Assembly: GCA_003144275.1 (NCBI GenBank)
Contig: NJBF01000054.1
Location: forward strand, 1 to 16,910
Length of the DNA stretch: 16,910 nt
DNA from: Candidatus Heimdallarchaeota archaeon B3_Heim
Lineage (GTDB): Archaea > Asgardarchaeota > Heimdallarchaeia > Hodarchaeales > Hodarchaeaceae
Direction of reading: 5' to 3'
Part shown: positions 15,207 to 16,910 of the stretch, piece after piece
Layout of the letters: each line of letters begins with the position of its first letter
Position numbering within the stretch: the first letter of the stretch is position 1
Program-made: the position numbers and the translations under genes
The notes under the pieces: model-generated
Told to the model about the DNA's origin: nothing
Seen by the model: only the letters and a program-made list of their open reading frames with translations
Databases searched by the model: none

Positions 15207-16490
15207 GTGAAAACCATGGCCAAAATTAGTCCCATTCATTATTCCATAAGATTAGAACCAAATTTTGAAAAATTTAATTTTTCTGGCTTAACTGAAATAA
15301 GTATTATAGCGACTGAACCAATTGATAAAATAGAGTTAAATGCACATGAACTTGCAGTTTGGAAATGTCAAGTGAAAAAGGAAAAGAAATTCATTGAGTG
15401 CCAATTTAGTTTCAATCCGAAAAAACAGATTCTTTCAATAGACTTACCTGAAGTTAAAAGTGATTTAGTTCTTAAAATTGAATATATGGGTCTTATTAAT
15501 GACAAATTAGTGGGACTTTATCGAAGTAAATATATTCAAAATGAGGAGGAGAAGTTTATTGCAGTCACCCAGTTCGAAGAAGATCACGCTCGTCAAGCCT
15601 TTCCCTGTTTTGATCATCCTTCGATGAAAGCTACGTTCGATATCGAATTTGTTATTGATAAAAAGTTCTCCGGAATAGCTAATACTCGTGTTGAAGAGGA
15701 AACTGACTTAAAAAATGACAAAAAACTAATAAAATTTAAAACCACTCCTAAAATGTCGAGCTATCTTCTTTTCTTTGGTATCGGAGATTTTGAGTATCTT
15801 GAAGCATCCTCGGAAGCTATACGATATCGAATTGCCACTACTCCTGGAAAAACACAGTTTGCTGACTATGCGTTGGATTTCGGTAGAAAAAGTATCGAAT
15901 TTGGGGAAAAGTATACTGGTATCAAATTCCCCATTGACAAGTTGGATCAAATCGCTGTACCGGATTTTGCTTTTGGAGCAATGGAAAATTATGCTGCTAT
16001 TACATATCGAGAGAATATTCTTCTTGTATATCCTGGAATCACATCAAAAGCGGGAATTGAGAGAATTGCAGAAGTAATCGCACATGAGGTAGCTCATCAA
16101 TGGTTTGGGAATTTAGTCAGTCCTGTGGATTGGAAATATATATGGTTAAATGAATCATTCGCTACACTTTTTGGATACGCTATTGCAGATTACTACCATC
16201 CTGAATGGCAGATCTGGGAAGGCTTTCTAGCTGGAGAAGTTGACTCAGCGTTTGAACGGGACTCCTTATTAGAAACGTTTCCAATTGAGCTTCCAGGAAA
16301 GGGTGAAAATACTAAAATAACTGCTGCAACTGCTCCAATTATCTATTCAAAAGGTGGAGCGATATTACAAATGATTCAAGGATACCTAGGTGAAGATAAG
16401 TTCAAGAAAGGTATTCAATATTTTTTGAATAATCATAAATTTGAATGTGTAGAAAGTAGTGCTTATTGGCAGGGGATAGAAGAGGCAACA
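15207..16490 (+). CDS. M1-family zinc aminopeptidase, C-terminally truncated (nominal stop at 16508 lies beyond the probable junction)
   Basis: FGAMENYAAITYRE substrate motif, VIAHEVAHQWFGNLVSPVDWKYIWLNESFATLFGY (HExxH-x18-E), YSKGGAILQMIQGYLG; ends abruptly after AYWQGIEEAT. Confidence 0.95.
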
Positions 16491-16505
16491 GACAACGAAA
16501 CCAAC
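16485..16505. other. Probable chimeric junction: AT-rich archaeal aminopeptidase to GC-rich bacterial DNA
   Basis: Aminopeptidase reading frame loses family resemblance and stops, while base composition switches sharply to GC-rich with a strong bacterial Shine-Dalgarno and L19-like ORF. Confidence 0.75.
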
Positions 16506-16510
16506 TGACA

Positions 16511-16516
16511 GGAGGA
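16511..16516 (+). promoter_or_regulatory. Shine-Dalgarno sequence GGAGGA
   Basis: GGAGGA located 5 nt upstream of the ATG at 16522. Confidence 0.8.
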
Positions 16517-16521
16517 CACCG

Positions 16522-16803
16522 ATGGGTCTCTTGGAAGACGTCAAGAAAAGCGGTCTGAAAGAGAAACTTCCCGAATTCAACGTCGGCGACACGGTCGACG
16601 TGCACGTGCTTATCAGGGAAGGTGAGAAGGAACGCATCCAGGTCTTCAACGGCACCGTGATCGGTCGCAAGGCGCAGCTCGCAGTCAACGGCGTCGTTCG
16701 GAAGGGCGGGGAAGCCCCGGTGAGGAACGGCAGGTTCGCCCTACCCACCGAGAGGGCTGAATACCGCAACATCGTGCTCATCCCGATTGAGGGCGAGGGC
16801 TAG
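16522..16803 (+). CDS. rplS: Bacterial ribosomal protein L19-like ORF; N-terminal half matches L19, C-terminal half atypical
   Basis: LPEFNVGDTVDVHVLIREGEKERIQVFNGTVIGRK is L19-like; the following AQLAVNGVVRKGGEAPVRNGRFALPTERAEYRNIVLIPIEGEG lacks the usual TVRKI...GVERxFPLHSP segment. Confidence 0.55.
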   Translation: MGLLEDVKKSGLKEKLPEFNVGDTVDVHVLIREGEKERIQVFNGTVIGRKAQLAVNGVVRKGGEAPVRNGRFALPTERAEYRNIVLIPIEGEG

Positions 16804-16813
16804 CATGCTCCCA

Positions 16814-16910
16814 TGACGGCGCCCAAGGGGACATCGGTGGCGAAGCCGCGCTCCGGCACCATGCTTCTCGTCGGGATACTCGCAGGGATCGTGGGCGGCG
16901 TCCTCGTCGG
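16814..16910 (+). CDS. 5' end of an unidentified protein with an N-terminal TM segment, runs off window
   Basis: Hand translation MTAPKGTSVAKPRSGTMLLVGILAGIVGGVLVG in a GC-rich frame, starting 11 nt after the L19-like stop. Confidence 0.35.

Noticed and set aside
596-16490. Possibility that the core is a provirus or integrative element
   Set aside because: The content is housekeeping (tRNA, DNA repair, ATPase, glycine cleavage) and the ends coincide with truncated genes rather than attachment-site repeats.
16386-16781. 131-aa - strand ORF spanning the right junction
   Set aside because: Crosses the apparent chimeric boundary and is antisense to both the aminopeptidase and the L19-like ORF; an open frame through GC-rich DNA is expected by chance.
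1-16910. CRISPR arrays, transposons/integrases, toxin-antitoxin or other defence systems
   Set aside because: No regularly spaced repeats, no transposase/integrase motifs and no recognisable defence genes were found on either strand.

Overview
Most of the window (about 0.6-16.49 kb) is AT-rich archaeal DNA. Identifiable genes are: HTH-riboflavin kinase (RibK/RbkR-like, 3'-truncated), tRNA-Lys(CUU) with a canonical intron, Trm5-like tRNA methyltransferase, protein L-isoaspartyl methyltransferase, FEN1 with a PIP box, tRNA-Val(UAC), A-type ATPase subunits H and F, tRNA-Leu(UAG) with an unusual D-arm intron, a translin-family protein, glycine dehydrogenase subunits GcvPB and GcvPA, a membrane-anchored secreted protein, a eukaryote-like Ras/Rab-type GTPase, a PTPS/QueD-family protein with an Asp-to-Asn change in the DH motif, a GcvH-like protein, a THUMP-less ThiI-like PP-loop enzyme, an NAD-dependent epimerase, and an M1 aminopeptidase (3'-truncated). 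The small GTPase together with the archaeal informational genes suggests an Asgard-type archaeon; this is inference and needs a phylogeny. Both window ends look bacterial and of different composition: a LivM permease fragment at about 96-593, and a GC-rich L19-like ORF from about 16.5 kb. The gene bodies broken at about 593 and about 16490 suggest a chimeric assembly or chimeric clone rather than natural synteny. I found no defence system, CRISPR array or mobile element. The best biological leads are the noncanonical tRNA-Leu intron, the split ORF at 12.5-12.9 kb, the atypical PTPS, and the stand-alone ThiI-like gene with a small SirA/TusA-reminiscent ORF beside it.
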